Below are positions 1 through 12,788 of a DNA stretch of 47,787 bases, piece after piece (within the stretch, counting starts at the first letter, position 1; the number at the start of each line of letters is the position of its first letter). A program made the translations under genes and the position numbers. The stretch comes from Octopus bimaculoides (Eukaryota), in assembly GCF_001194135.2 (NCBI RefSeq), contig NC_068981.1:48102707-48150493 (forward strand), written 5' to 3'. The notes below the pieces were generated by a model, which made no database searches, was not told the origin of the DNA, and worked only from the letters and a program-made list of their open reading frames with translations.

Positions 1-17
1 TATATATATATATATAC

Positions 18-295
18 ACATAACCAATAAAAAATCTCAGAACGAGGGATAAACAGTAGCTGCACGACAACGTGAAGTATATTTGCCACTTAAATGCAGC
101 TAACCACTAAAGGTGAATGCTACTGTAGTTTGTAGCCCTGGGAGAACACCTACTCAAGCTAGCTGTTGACACACGTACTCTGTCCTCTTAGTATTTGCAA
201 TGAGAAATCATCCTTCCATCGTGGACCTGTCGTGATACGCACGGACCTGGGTTTCTTGGTATTTACCCTTCGTCAGCGCAAGACAATGCGAAGGG
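18..295 (-). repeat. Probable non-autonomous repeat carrying a degenerate hammerhead motif; truncates the adjacent LINE
   Basis: L1-like homology is lost at about 295. The segment is non-coding, contains the HHR-like motif at 240-280 and ends at a (TA)n run. Confidence 0.35.
240..280 (-). ncRNA. Degenerate type I hammerhead ribozyme-like motif
   Basis: Minus strand reads TGCG-CTGACGA-AGGGTAAATACCAA-GAAA-CCCAGGT-C-CGTG. It has both core boxes, stem III ACC/GGT, a GUC site and a weak stem I (TGCG/CGTG, two G-U pairs). Stem II GGT/ACC lacks the closing G-C pair. Confidence 0.5.
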
Positions 296-1495
296 GTCCG
301 GATGCAAATACATCTTTATTATGGATCCAGCCGACATCTTTACTTGTCCCACATGCGACAACATGTGTTCAACGTAACTTATCAATCTGGATAGCTCCCG
401 ACATTGTACGAAAGCGTGCTGAACGGTGTCCTCGTCCTGCCCACATCTTGGACATGTCGGTGGCACTGACAATCCGTGCCTGGATAACTTATCGCGAACA
501 GGTAATGCATTCCTGTAGCACTGCCAGGTTAGGGATTTTAGGAAGTTGGCCAAGTACTCCGGCCTGGAAAAGATTTTGAACAGGTTGGCAAGTTGGTTCT
601 CATCGAACCCCAGAGACTCTCCTAGGACGTCATCGATGTTTACCTCTACCATCCCTCTATAGAACACCGAGGTGACATTCTCGCTGCCAGCCTTGCTCGT
701 CTTGTGGATTAGCCAGAGTGCCGGACGGCACTCATTCTGCTATTCTGTCAGATTCTGTCTTTTAATGAAACCGGGTATAAATCTCTCCAAGTATGCTGGT
801 CGCGGCAAGAACTCCCCCGCCAGCGGACTCCCCGAATTATCACCCTCCAGGTGGCACCAGAGATGTCTCAGCCTCAACGTATGTCTGCACATCATTAGCC
901 AGGGCATTTCCAGATCACCTTTTAACGGTTCCTGACAGCAAACGGAGTGCCTCACAAGTGTCTTTCCTCCCGTCTACAAAAAGCAGAAGAGGAGTCGTTC
1001 CAACATGTTTAGCCACAAATCGGGGCAAGGCACAACAGGCAGGTAGTACGTGATTGCAGATGCTATAAACACCTCCACCACCTCCACCCTGCCTTTCAAG
1101 GACAGAGGCCTTCCAGACCACTTCTGTATTATGACCTTTACCTTGTCCACTACTTCGCTCCAATTCTTCTCCGACTGGAAGCCTGGGCCAAACCAAACAT
1201 CAAGCAACTTGAAAGGACCACTTGTCCAGTGTCCATCGACACTGGACGATATCGGCTTGTTCCTCCAGGTGCCGAGGCAGAAGCTGATGGACTTGTCCTT
1301 GTTAACTTTTGCCACTGCCACCGCTTGGTATCCTCGCAGAGCATATTCTACACGGGGTATCTGTGCTTCGTTGGCCATGGCGAGGGTGATGTCGTCCGCA
1401 TAAGCCAAGGCAGACTTACCGCATCCGATTTAATTTGTGTTGCCTCCTAACTTCTCCAACTTTCGCAGTAATGGATCAAGAGACAAAACGTACAG
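296..1495 (-). mobile_element. L1/Tx1-clade LINE fragment: 3' part of ORF2 (RT and zinc knuckle), frameshifted
   Basis: Translations give YVLSLDPLLRKL, the RT motif AYADDIT (974-1408), WSGRPLSLKGRV, and ALPVRDKLSRHG...CPRCGQDEDTVQHAFVQC (zf-RVT/CCHC, 263-667). Confidence 0.9.
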
Positions 1496-1581
1496 AAGAG
1501 GAGACAAGGAACACACTTGACGCACTGAATGCTTGATCAAAAACGACTCCGTAAGGTAGCCGTTTATATGAAACTTGGACT

Positions 1582-1624
<43 letters not shown>

Positions 1625-3643
1625 NNNNNNNNNNNNNNNNNNNNNNNNNNNNNNNNNNNNNNNNNNNNNNNNNNNNNNNNNNNNNNNNNNNNNNNNNNNN
1701 NNNNNNNNNNNNNNNNNNNNNNNNNNNNNNNNNNNNNNNNNNNNNNNNNNNNNNNNNNNNNNNNNNNNNNNNNNNNNNNNNNNNNNNNNNNNNNNNNNNN
1801 NNNNNNNNNNNNNNNNNNNNNNNNNNNNNNNNNNNNNNNNNNNNNNNNNNNNNNNNNNNNNNNNNNNNNNNNNNNNNNNNNNNNNNNNNNNNNNNNNNNN
1901 NNNNNNNNNNNNNNNNNNNNNNNCTATACACGAATTATCTTCATGAAATAAGGCTGCCGTACAGTTCTACCGATTACATTGGGGTTATTTTTCAAAATGC
2001 CTCAGCTCATATATATATATATATTATGTATTTACGGCATATATGTTATTCTTTTCTTGTGTCAGTCATTTAACTGCAGCCATGCTGGCAATATGTACTA
2101 TATGCATAGATACACATGTGTATGTGTGTGTGTGAGTGTGTTTGCGTTATCTTGTATATGCATGTGCAGCACAAAATGCGTTAGTGCTTAGAAAGTTGGG
2201 TTTACTCCTTAAGTCCTTATTTGACATCCTAAATTCACTCGTAAATCTACTTATGTATTCCCTTTTAATATGTTGAGATATCATACATATTGAAATAAAA
2301 TTAAACTTTAAAGTTCATATTTTATTTTGTTTAGTCGAAAATGCAACAATCTCTTCTTTAGAGAAAGCTATAAAAATAGTTTGACTTAATATATGTGGAT
2401 ATAAGGAAAATAATACCACAAAGCTCCCTATGGTCGATATTTAGTATCCTCAATTTAAACAGAAAAATTAAAGAGTTGATTAAGGAGTAATCATCAAATC
2501 GTGCAGTAATAGAATTTGTGCTATGCATTAATATTTCCGATGTAAAACCTACGTATTTGAGGAAAAAAATATATCATGAAAAATGTCTAATTGCTATTTC
2601 AAATTCATAGACAAATTTTGATTCATAACGTGACAGTTGTATGACTCTAGAAATCATCATAAATGTTTTCACTTTATTATATATATGACAAGTTTTATAT
2701 TCTTCGTTGTAAAACTTCATAGCGTGCGCAAAGCAATTAAACCAATCGGCTGAACAGCTACTTGTAACTTGCAATGTGTCGTTGTTTAACATTTTGATGA
2801 TTCAGAACATATATTCTAGTCTCATTTCACACTTTGCGAATTAGGCTCAACAAAATTTAACGAATTTATTAGTAATCAGGAAAACTGTGGCAAGATAATA
2901 ACATCATAGAATTTTATGAATCCCTTGAGTATTAAATGTGCAACTTCCAATTATGTGCGCGTAGTATATCATTATATCAATTATTTAGAAATGATAAATA
3001 AAATGTCTGGAAATAACAATTCAAACACTGTTAAAATCAACTTTGCTTCTAATGTGAACTATATAAATTTCACACTTTCCACCAATTACCAAATGCTTTC
3101 TATTGCATCTGTTTTATTTGTTGAGGAGAAAGGAAAAACATAGAATTGAAACACACGCGTAAACGTGCAGCACAGACGCAAACGCTTACACACATACATG
3201 TTTACGTATACGAAATTTTTCTAACGGTTTCGTTTGCTTTTTGGGTGAGGTGGAGGTATATTCGACACTACCGTATATAGTACCTGAATGGATCTATTGA
3301 TACTATAAAATTCTTGAAAGTTTATCAAGAATACAGAACCCGGAATGCAGGTGTCTAGAAACGTTCGTTTACGGCAGTGAATTCGGTATTATCTACGTAT
3401 ACAGGCATGATGTGATTTCCTGAAGGTGATTTCGCATGCACTCACATACATCTATACACGCACGTACATGCAAACACGCACACTTTCACAAGCCCGCACA
3501 TAAGGTTCCATGTACGTGTCTATAAACGCACAGACAAAAAGAAGAGTGTAGGGGAGAAAACAGAAAAAAAATATGTGGAAAATATACAAAAATACACAGT
3601 AATTTCCCTTTGTTTACGGTCATTTATCACAGGAATTTTCAAT

Positions 3644-3714
3644 GGCCGGATAACTGAAGAGATGTTGGCGTGGGTTCCCACCCCGGCATCCGAAACTCGG
3701 AGTTTAATCAGGTC
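3644..3714 (+). ncRNA. Type I hammerhead ribozyme motif
   Basis: GGCCGGATAA-CTGAAGA-GATGTTGG(CGTGGGTTCCCACC)CCGGCATC-C-GAAA-CTCGGAGT-T-TAATCAGGTC. Stem I has 8/10 pairs, stem II is 8+4 bp, stem III lies in the palindrome AACTC-G-GAGTT, and the triplet is GUU. Confidence 0.75.
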
Positions 3715-4330
3715 TACCGAATCAGTGTCACATATTTTTACATATGTATATATATATACATATACATATATATNNNNNNNNNNNNNNNNNNNNNNNNNNN
3801 NNNNNNNNNNNNNNNNNNNNNNNNNNNNNNNNNNNNNNNNNNNNNNNNNNNNNNNNNNNNNNNNNNNNNNNNNNNNNNNNNNNNNNNNNNNNNNNNNNNN
3901 NNNNNNNNNNNNNNNNNNNNNNNNNNNNNNNNNNNNNNNNNNNNNNNNNNNNNNNNNNNNNNNNNNNNNNNNNNNNNNNNNNNNNNNNNNNNNNNNNNNN
4001 NNNNNNNNNNNNNNNNNNNNNNNNNNNNNNNNNNNNNNNNNNNNNNNNNNNNNNNNNNNNNNNNNNNNNNNNNNNNNNNNNNNNNNNNNNNNNNNNNNNN
4101 NNNNNNNNNNNNNNNNNNNNNNNNNNNNNNNNNNNNNNNNNNNNNNNNNNNNNNNNNNNNNNNNNNNNNNNNNNNNNNNNNNNNNNNNNNNNNNNNNNNN
4201 NNNNNNNNNNNNNNNNNNNNNNNNNNNNNNNNNNNNNNNNNNNNNNNNNNNNNNNNNNNNNNNNNNNNNNNNNNNNNNNNNNNNNNNNNNNNNNNNNNNN
4301 NNNNNNNNNNNNNNNNNNNNNNNNNNNNNN

Positions 4331-4370
<40 letters not shown>

Positions 4371-4379
4371 ACTATTAGC

Positions 4380-4510
4380 TTCTTTCAGTTTCCGTCTACT
4401 CACAGGTATTCCGTCGGCAGGAGACTATAGTAGAAAACACACGCCCAAGTTGCCACGCAGTCGGACTCAACCCTGCACCATATGGTTGGGATGCAATCTT
4501 CTTTATTTCA
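4380..4510 (-). mobile_element. tRNA-derived SINE head fragment (same family as 38125-38526)
   Basis: tctttcagtttccgtc...ctatagtagaaaacac...cccaag...gcagtcggactcaaccc matches the 5' half of the SINE at 38380-38520. Confidence 0.6.
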
Positions 4511-4759
4511 TAAATTGGCTATGAAAGCCGTACATAAATGGGACAAACAAGGACAGAAAACCATAGAGGGTGAAAAATTTGCTTATTACGAAGGAAAGAC
4601 TTTGGAATGATAAAATGTAAATGTCATGCTGTTAAAAATTATCTAACCGCCCCTTAAACATTTCTATATAAACATGATGATCATCGTAAATTTAGCAATG
4701 TGTGACTGAAGGAAAGACATTCAATCGCCACGTTAGAACCTTTCTTTTTCCTTCTGGCC

Positions 4760-7150
4760 CCACTTACCTGGTTCCAGTCACACGCAGCTTGTTCACTACT
4801 TTCTTCCAATATTTCGTGAACATATCCTGTGGTAGTTATCTCTTCTCCAGCCTGATCTTGCAAGTGATGTGGTAACTAAAGAAATTAATCAACTCCTGGC
4901 TGGAGACAAAGGTGCCTGTCACTATACTTCTTACACACGTCTTCCTTACTTTTTCTTTCCGCATGGCTACTACGTAGAAAAAAAAGCCTTCGTTTCCCTC
5001 TGGGGTGAAGGACGAGACACAATCTTGGTAACAACCGATATCTGTACTCTTCCCATTGTTGATAAATATTGCTTGGGCATATCAGTAAGAGGGCATTTTG
5101 TGCCGTGAAAGCTTGTCTCGAACTGGCAAAGCTGAGCGGTAGCTCTGCCAAGCCAGAGATATCTGGTTATTATCCAAATACCCCGGCCAGAAAGTTCTCC
5201 TGACTTTGATCAAATGATTTCCATCAAAGACCAGGGTCTCCCCCAGGACATTGTCTGACCTAAATTTCACTAACCCGCTATAGAATCCCGCAGTGGAACT
5301 CCCGTTGCGGGTATTGCCCACCCGAGAGAGTAGCTAAAGTGCCTGATGTCACTCTAATTGCTAATCCCCCAGCCTAGATATTCGTTAGATCCATAGACCG
5401 ATGTCCAACAGGAACATCAACTGTGGAAGATTCAACGTTACGTGCGGTGATCGCACCTTCTCTCCATCCAGGTAAAGCCAGAAGTGACTCAAACTTAACG
5501 CGAATTTTCGCATCTTCAGCGAAAGCAACCCTAGCCCACCCTTTAGCGGATTTTGGCAGCAGAAAACGCTTCACAAGTGGCTTTCCTCCCTAACATAAAA
5601 AGCGGAAAATATCGTTCCAACTTGTTCAACCACAAATCGGGGCAGGTCACAATGGTCAGGCCGTAGGTGATAACAGAATATCACAACCTCCGGCCTCCCT
5701 AGCAAGGATAACGCTCGACCAGACCAGGTCTGGTCTAGGGCAGTCAACTTGCTCCAGTTCTCTATCTAGAAGTCTGGATAGAACCAGACCCCGAGAAACT
5801 GAACTGAACCTTCCATCCAACCCTCCACAAGGTTATTGGACGACATAGAGTTGCCCATCTTGGTGTCGAATTGCAAGCCCACTGATTTATCCTGGTTAAT
5901 TTCTGCTCCTACTACTGCTAAGTGTCTTTTGATGGCGTTTTCCACAAAGAAAGCTGCCCTTGTTTTGACACGATGATGGAGATGTTTTCCGTATATGTAG
6001 CAACTTCTCTTCCGCACCACAGCCATGCAGCACGTCTCCTAACGCCTGCAACTTCAACTGCAATGGCTCAAGATCCAATACATACAAAATCGGTGACATG
6101 GGACATATCTGGCGTACTGAACGTTCAATCTTGAACGGTTTTGAAAACAAATCCCGTTTACTCGGACGATAGACTCGATGTCGCTGTACAAAGCAGCAAT
6201 CCAACTGCTGAAAGTCAGGCCCAAACCAGCTTTAATTCCATCACAGCCCAATGCACGTATTTTAGCCCTGAAACCTGCATCCTTATATTTGGCTTCGAAT
6301 TGACGGTCCAATGCCATTCTCGCTGCTAATATTTGGGATGCAGAGCCCAATCTCAACGCCGCTTCTAAAACCTTAAATAGGTTCCCTTTTATCCTAGCCT
6401 TAGCTGACGGCTAAATCTAATAGACTCAAAATGTATGGCGCTTTGTAAGGCAAGCCACCACCGTTTATTCACCACATTGCCGCTTAATGTCCTTTTCACT
6501 AACTACCTTAAACCGCTACGGTATGCCTCACAAGCCAAAATAGACTTGTTCAGCTTCCAGTAGCCGGATCCCTCCTTATAGTCACTATCGCAGTTCAGCC
6601 TACACTTAGCCATTTTATGGTCAGTGTAGGCGACTTGAACAATCTATGGACAGCTAAAGGTAGACTTTTCTCTAATCCTTATAACTATCCTGTCTAAGCA
6701 AGACTTGAGCTTTCCGTCGCCATTCATCTAGGTCCACACTGGGGTGCTCGGGTGCTGAAGTTCGTATCAATCTGCTAGCTGAAAACGCTGAAGCATATCG
6801 ATGAGGCGTACGATAACACTCCTACTAGTCGAGTCACAGCTATCCAGACGTGCATTCAGGATGGCTTTTTAGTCTCCTAACACAACAAATGCCTTGAAAG
6901 TCACGAGAAAGTTATCTAGGCACTAAGAGAAATCAGGTTGTTGCCTTCTTGCACAAGGCGCGTAAATAACGATCAAATTGAAGGCCTTGTTGCTGTATGT
7001 CACTTTAAGGACGATCAGCCCACATTCAGGGTCTACAAAGACCGTACTTGTCTCTAGAACTAAGCCTTTTCGGACCATAACCACTGCACACTTTTGACCT
7101 TCGGTCTGACCAGGAGACATGATTTTCTCATAGCCATTCAGCAGAGCCCA
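4760..7150 (-). pseudogene. LINE ORF2 pseudogene (APE-RT)
   Basis: VFVDPECGLIVLKVTYSNKAFNLIVIYAP (APE), SVRQICPMSPILYVLDLEPL (RT, cf. RQGCPLSP) and GAEINQDKSVGL. Many stops and frameshifts. Confidence 0.85.
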
Positions 7151-7199
7151 GAGGGTTTGTACTCTTTACAGCTTGGTCTCTGTAGCAACCATCAAATGT

Positions 7200-8510
7200 A
7201 TATCATATGATCTGGGTGGCGATGTGGGGGGCCACTTCATATCTCAACAGGGGGCCCCTCTTTTCTCCTCTATCCTGAAGTATTTTGGAACATTTTTTTA
7301 ACCTGGAGATGTCTTCTAGAAGCCTCTTCTTCAGTTGTTGAAATAATATTTCCCCTATCAAAGCACATTGTCTAGGATAGTTTTTGTGCTTTCGATATAA
7401 GTTAGTGTGTTGTGTTGCTATCACTTCATTTGTATATTTTTCTTTTGCGTCGAACTCGTTCGCCTGTTCTTTTTTCTGGGAAGGTTAAGCGGGATTGTTT
7501 TAATCTTTCAGTTGCTGTATTTTCCGTTTTTGTAGGGGATGTTGACGGGAATTGTGTCAACGTTCTTTTCGTCGAGTCACCAAGAAGAGTACTCCTCCTC
7601 GACCGCCTCCATGGTGTCCTCTGGGGAGGTGCAATTTTATTCTCAGGTGCCGTCGACTTTGAAGGGTGGGTATCTTTGTTGTTGTCAGGACTGGTGCGTG
7701 CGAGGGTTGGGGCTTTTGGAATACTTCTTTAGAGATTTGTGTCGGCACCCCAGTTGGGAGAGTAGGTGTCTTTGCTATTGTAGAGGCTGGTGTGTGTGTG
7801 GTTTTGAGAGCATTTTTTTTGGTTTCTGTGGGGTCAGGTATAAGTGTATTCATAGAAGTTTGGGCATTAACAATATCTTCCTTTTTACCCCGCGTCGTAG
7901 TTAACCCTTACGTGGCCTTTTCGTCCACATTTAAAACATTTGAGTTTTTTTTACCTCCACGTGGACTTTGAGGTCCACGTCCTCGCCCACGAGTACCCTA
8001 TCAGGAATCCTTTCTAGGTCTTCTTTTATCGCTTGAAGGATGGCGGCAATGCTCTGACTATGCCACTTTAGGGGGGAAGAGTGTGTTATTTGTAGGATAT
8101 TAATTTTATATTCCCTGTTAAATAATAGGGCGGTCATCAACCACGCTGCACCAACCTCCAGTGGTACCTCTGCCACCCTAACACGGGACGTGCGTCACTC
8201 CATATAGGTTTGCAGAAGCACCACTTGTTTTGTGTTCAACGGGCTGACAGAGTGCTCGCGGGCCATCTCTGTTCTTCTGAATCTGACTTCCATTGTGCCA
8301 AATTTCCGTCCTCTTTTTATATAGCTAATATGTTTCCATATAGGGTGCCAGGCATTTTTCAATTTTAGTCTGTTCCATATATTTCATTTTTTTTTCTTGT
8401 GTGCAGAATGTTTTCAATATAATTGTTTCTTTTTTAATTGTGTCTGTTGTGTTGGTGTGACATGATATTTTTCCTCACCCTCCTCCTCTGTCATTCTTTT
8501 AGACATTTCC
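7200..8510 (-). pseudogene. LINE ORF1 pseudogene
   Basis: Broken frames MSKRMTEEEG..., YIKRGRKFGTMEVRF and RVRVAEVPLEVGAAWLMTALL, then a Pro/Thr-rich low-complexity stretch, directly upstream of the APE domain. Confidence 0.6.
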
Positions 8511-8739
8511 TGGAGCTCCCATAATGGGTTCTCCAGACTTACCGTTTGTACGGCGGCAACTACTGCAAAGCCTTTAATGACTTGTTTTGGAGGATGGTTA
8601 GCCTCTAAATCTTCACTCTCTTCGAGGGAGCAGTTTTCTCTTATCTCCACCGACGTTTCAGTCAATATAAATAAGCAGAAAGCACAAGAACAAAAAAAAA
8701 AAAAACACAGTTTCAAGTTGTCTTTTTTTTTGCACTCAA

Positions 8740-9110
8740 TATGTTCAAATCCCACCCCTTTCAGCGGGGGAGGTGTAACTCATTGAAGCCAAAAACTACT
8801 GAAAAAAAGGTCTTTTTTTCAAAAGGAAAAATTATAGGCATCTGTTCCTTTTTTTGTGTTTAAAAAGAAAAATCACTTCCTCTCAAGAAGAACAACAGTT
8901 CAAATTCCACCCACTTCAGGTGGAGGGGCACAGCTAAAAACAACAAAAAAAAGACTTATACGGCTGAATACAGATCATATTTTCAAAAGAAAATTGTAGG
9001 TTACCCTTTTTTTTATTTTCAACCGTTCAAAAAATAAATTCCTGACAATAGGAACAACTGTTCAAATCCCACCCCCGATTGCGGGTGTAGCGCAGTTCAA
9101 CAATGCCTAC
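8740..9110. repeat. Three diverged tandem units of about 156-162 bp, each with GTTCAAAT(C/T)CCACC plus a GC hairpin
   Basis: The motif recurs at about 8743, 8899 and 9060. The spacers share ttttcaaaag(g)aaaatt(a/g)tagg. Confidence 0.7.
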
Positions 9111-9979
9111 GTAGGCTAAATTTTTTAAAAAATGCATTCCATTGAAGAATCCAGTCGAATAAACAATTACCAAATACCTACAGAAATTTCATTATATATC
9201 GTTTACAATTTGATTTCTTTTAAATAAACCTTAGAAACATATCCATTCGTATCTTCATCGCAAAGTTACGCTTTTGTGAAATAGACATCTTACCTGATAA
9301 TCACTAGTTTCATATTCTCTGGAAACTAATATCTGACAATATTGTTTTATAATTTGTTTTATTTTGTTTGGTTTTTCTTAAAATTTATCAAAGAATCTTA
9401 GAAATCCTCATTCATTTTGTCTTAGATATGCTTGATTTAATGCTAAAAATGCTTCAATATTTTTAAAGCATGACAAAAGATATTGAAAATTACCGTTTTG
9501 TATGTGATACTTCAATCTAATTCGGTGATGAATAATTGATTGGTGATGCTGAAGATTTATAGACTTTAAATATCCCTAGCGTAATGAAGGAAGATGAGAT
9601 ATGTTAATCGCTTGAGTGCACTGAGCATACATACAGGTACTTATGTGTTTGAATGAGGAAAATTAATAACTTCTGTAAATATAAAGGCAGCGTCAATGAA
9701 GCTATTTGAATATTTATAGGTTGAAGTGTAATGTGGCTTAATCATCGAGGGTCCTTTATACTGTATACACAGACAACTCCAAATAAATGTAAAGCTTTCT
9801 CAACTGATACGTTACTTGTTTCAATAAGGAGATTCACTTTTATAATGGAAATCTCCCTGCTTTACATATTAGTTTGTCTGTTCACATTTGGAACACCTGT
9901 AATGAATAAAACGGATATATGTCTAACCGGCATCAAGGGTATTAGGTCAGAATGACAAATCCGATGCGAAGACTGTGAG

Positions 9980-10300
9980 AATAAATTTAATGAATTTAAA
10001 GTAGAAACACTAAGTATAATAAAAATGAGGCTAATCTTCAAAATTCTATGATGTCAAATGTCCTGGATGATAGAGCAACAAAACAACTGTTATAACAAAT
10101 CTATCGCAAAAGAGAATGGATATATATTTGAGTAGAAGATGACAAACGTATGAATATCAAGCCGAAAAAACATATCAGGGGAAACGACATCTCACCAAAC
10201 AGGACTTGAATAAAAATGAGATAGACAGTGAACAAATATGCCTAAAACCATATCTCACTAAACTAACAATAGAATCTCTTACCGAGATTTCACTTCCTGC
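9980..10300 (+). mobile_element. Possible highly decayed RTE-like LINE 3' fragment
   Basis: SNVLDDRATKQLL resembles the RM.D.R.PKQLL motif of RTE C-termini. Nothing else is recognisable. Confidence 0.25.
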
Positions 10301-10584
10301 TATCAAATCCTAATCCTCAGTGATCTACCATCGTTATAATATGCTGGTAACTAATTTGGTTGATGGTCCTATAGAAATATCTGCGACTTTATTACATGCC
10401 GGTCTGCTTCTCATTCACTCGTTTAGCTACGGTAAATACATGCGATCATGTCATCTATAGATCACAGTTGGGTGTGTAGTTTCTAAAATGTTACTAGACA
10501 CTTACAGTTTACTACTCTCTGCATAATGACATTGGCAGGAAAATAAACCTATCTTCGTACATATGGCAGGGTGAGTGGATAAAT

Positions 10585-10830
10585 CTCGAAGGTCTGTATA
10601 TCAACTTGAACATCACCGCGAAAAGTCGATAAGACAATCTCTTCTCAAGGACTTTTGGCAGGAATGCCGAGAAAAGTATCTAAAATCGTCTGTCACTGCA
10701 GTGCTACAGTGAATCAATACTTATTTAAAGCAAGTTCTAAATATGTGGAAGTAGTAGTCGTGATATTTACCGATTCTTTCCTGCAGGGGAGATGCATTGA
10801 CCTTTGTTCAATACTTGCCGACATGTCTGG
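10585..10830 (+). mobile_element. Possible BEL/Pao LTR-retrotransposon integrase C-terminal remnant
   Basis: RQSLLKDFWQECREKYLKS followed, after a frameshift, by YVEVVVVIFTDSFLQGRC resembles the FW.RW..EYL...VGD.V.I....RG.W pattern. Confidence 0.35.
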
Positions 10831-11587
10831 AACGAATCCACCTTTCAGCCAAATCAGTACTGGAAATTAACGCGAAAGTCAACTTTAAAGGGTAGTGACG
10901 CTAATATTCCTCTCACTAATAGCTGTGACCACAGATATTATGTGAGGAATACGTCTGAACTCTTTGCACATTCTAGCTAAGCATTCACATCAACTTCAAG
11001 TACCATTTGAAGAGGAAAGTGGAACTTAATGATGGTGGCCCTGTTTTAGCGTGTCCTTCGAAAAGTTGTTGCGAGTTGTAAGACTGAGGTTTTATTTGGT
11101 TTAACCGCGTATGTTTCAATATGCACAGAAACAGACACTGGATGAGAACACATTCGACGTGGGAGATACAGTGGACTAATTCGTTATTTTGTCGGGGAGC
11201 TCCGTCCAAATCATCCTATTTGGTCTTAGCCACTAATAAGGAATTTTCATTGTAGACATTGTGATCATATTCTATCGTTTCATATCGTGAAATATGCATT
11301 CTCATCATATAAAACTCAAATTACTGTGCTGTATTATGTTCATTGTAATCTCCTGTGCTTTGGGCGTTTCCGTTCAATAATACATCATCATTATCATCGT
11401 CACCATTATCCCCATTTTTTAAATTCTACAGGTGTTTTAGACAAACTAATAAGCGTAGTATAAGATGCATTTGGCGCAAATGTCTATACGTTAAAGTTTG
11501 GAGCCCGAAACAGATTGCCATTAGACTACTGCAAACTGCGAAATATCTTCATATGGACTTTATGTCATACTCGACGGATCGTCTTCA

Positions 11588-12788
11588 GGATCTTTTCCCT
11601 TTGGACGCCACACCGAGAAATTAAATTTTTGTAACTAAACACTTTCAAACTTCGGACACTGGTAGAATGCGTCATATAAAACATATTTTACTCTTAGTGA
11701 TGTTGAGAAAGGTTTATATTTTCAAAGTTATATTTTCAAAGTTATCAATGACGTGTATTCAGGTGAATAAAATTACTGCCGTTGTTTCTCAACAACTATC
11801 GGCGGTGTATATTTCGTTCGTCACCGTTATTTATGACATCGTTCGTGTGTTTGTACTGGTTTTAGCTTTAAGGCTTTAGGGTTAGGGTTAGGGTCAGTGT
11901 TTTAGGGTCAGGGCTAGGAATAGAGTTTTAGAGTTAGGGTTAGGGCTTTATGGTTAGGATTAGGGTTCGGGTTTTAGAGTTAGAGTAAGTGTTAAGGTTA
12001 GGGTTTTAGTTTTAGGGATAGGGTTTTAGAGTTAAGGTTAGTGTGTTAGGGATAGGGATTTACGGTTAGGGATTTAAATTTAGGGTTAGGGTTTTAGGGT
12101 TAGGGTTTTAAATTTGGGTGAGGATTAGGGTTTTAAAATTAGGGTTAGGGTTTTAGGGTCACGGTTTGGGTTTTAGGGTTAGGGATAGGGTTTTAGAGTT
12201 AGGGTTAGGGTTTTAAGGTTATAGTAAGGGTTAGCGTTTTAGGGTTATGGTGAGGGTTAAGGTTTAGGGTTACGGTGAGGGTTAGGTTTGGTGTTTTAGG
12301 GTTAGTGTTAGGGTTGGGATTTTAGGGTTAGAGGTACGGAAAAATGTGAAAAATGAAGAAATTGGAGAGGGAGGGGCAAAAATGTATTTCCTAAAATAGT
12401 AGCTGAAAAACAGGAAAAAAACTAAAAGCAGTAGAAATGACCAAACGATTGTGATAATGCCATGAACTAAACATGTCTCAAATACACTCAATTTATTAAT
12501 GCAAACGTAACCGAGATGAAATATGCCATAAATAACAGAGGCAAACGAAATAGACACCACCAGAAGTTGTTGTTGACAAACAACAGCAGTAATTTTAGTC
12601 AGCTGTGTACACGTCATTCATTGTTTGAAATTACCGAAAATAGACAGCTTTAACACGAAATAACTTTGGAAATATAAACTTTGCTCAACATCATTAAGAG
12701 TAAAAGATGTTTTGTATGACACATTCTACCAGTGTTCGAAGTTTGAAAGTATTTAGTTGCAAAAAATTAATTCAACGGGCAAAGATCC
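11588..12788. mobile_element. Non-autonomous long-TIR DNA element (GGATC...GATCC) with an internal telomere-like array, copy 1
   Basis: Arms at about 11588-11870 and 12520-12788 are clearly reverse-complementary. Candidate 8-bp TSD cgtcttca (11580-87) / cggcttcg (12789-96), 6/8 identical. Confidence 0.8.
11870..12332 (+). repeat. Degenerate telomere-like array (TTAGGG mixed with TTTTAGGG)
   Basis: For example tagggttagggttttagggttagggtttta, a 14-bp composite unit. Confidence 0.9.

Larger units (their letters stand above)
4680..8690 (-). mobile_element. Near full-length degenerate L1/Tx1-clade LINE (ORF1 and ORF2) with internal deletions
   Basis: Ordered domains on the minus strand: ORF1-like (about 8510-7200), APE endonuclease (about 7150-6850), RT (about 6400-5750) and C-terminus ALPVRDKLSRH (about 5130). 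Related to the copy at 296-1495. Confidence 0.9.

Noticed and set aside
8543-8645. Minus-strand exon ending at ACG|GTAAGT
   Set aside because: The first AG after the pyrimidine tract is a poor GAG, and the region is better explained as the LINE 5' UTR / ORF1 start.
11570-11590. CTGAAGA plus hairpin on the minus strand as a hammerhead
   Set aside because: No GAAA follows, and the first C comes from the TIR element terminus.
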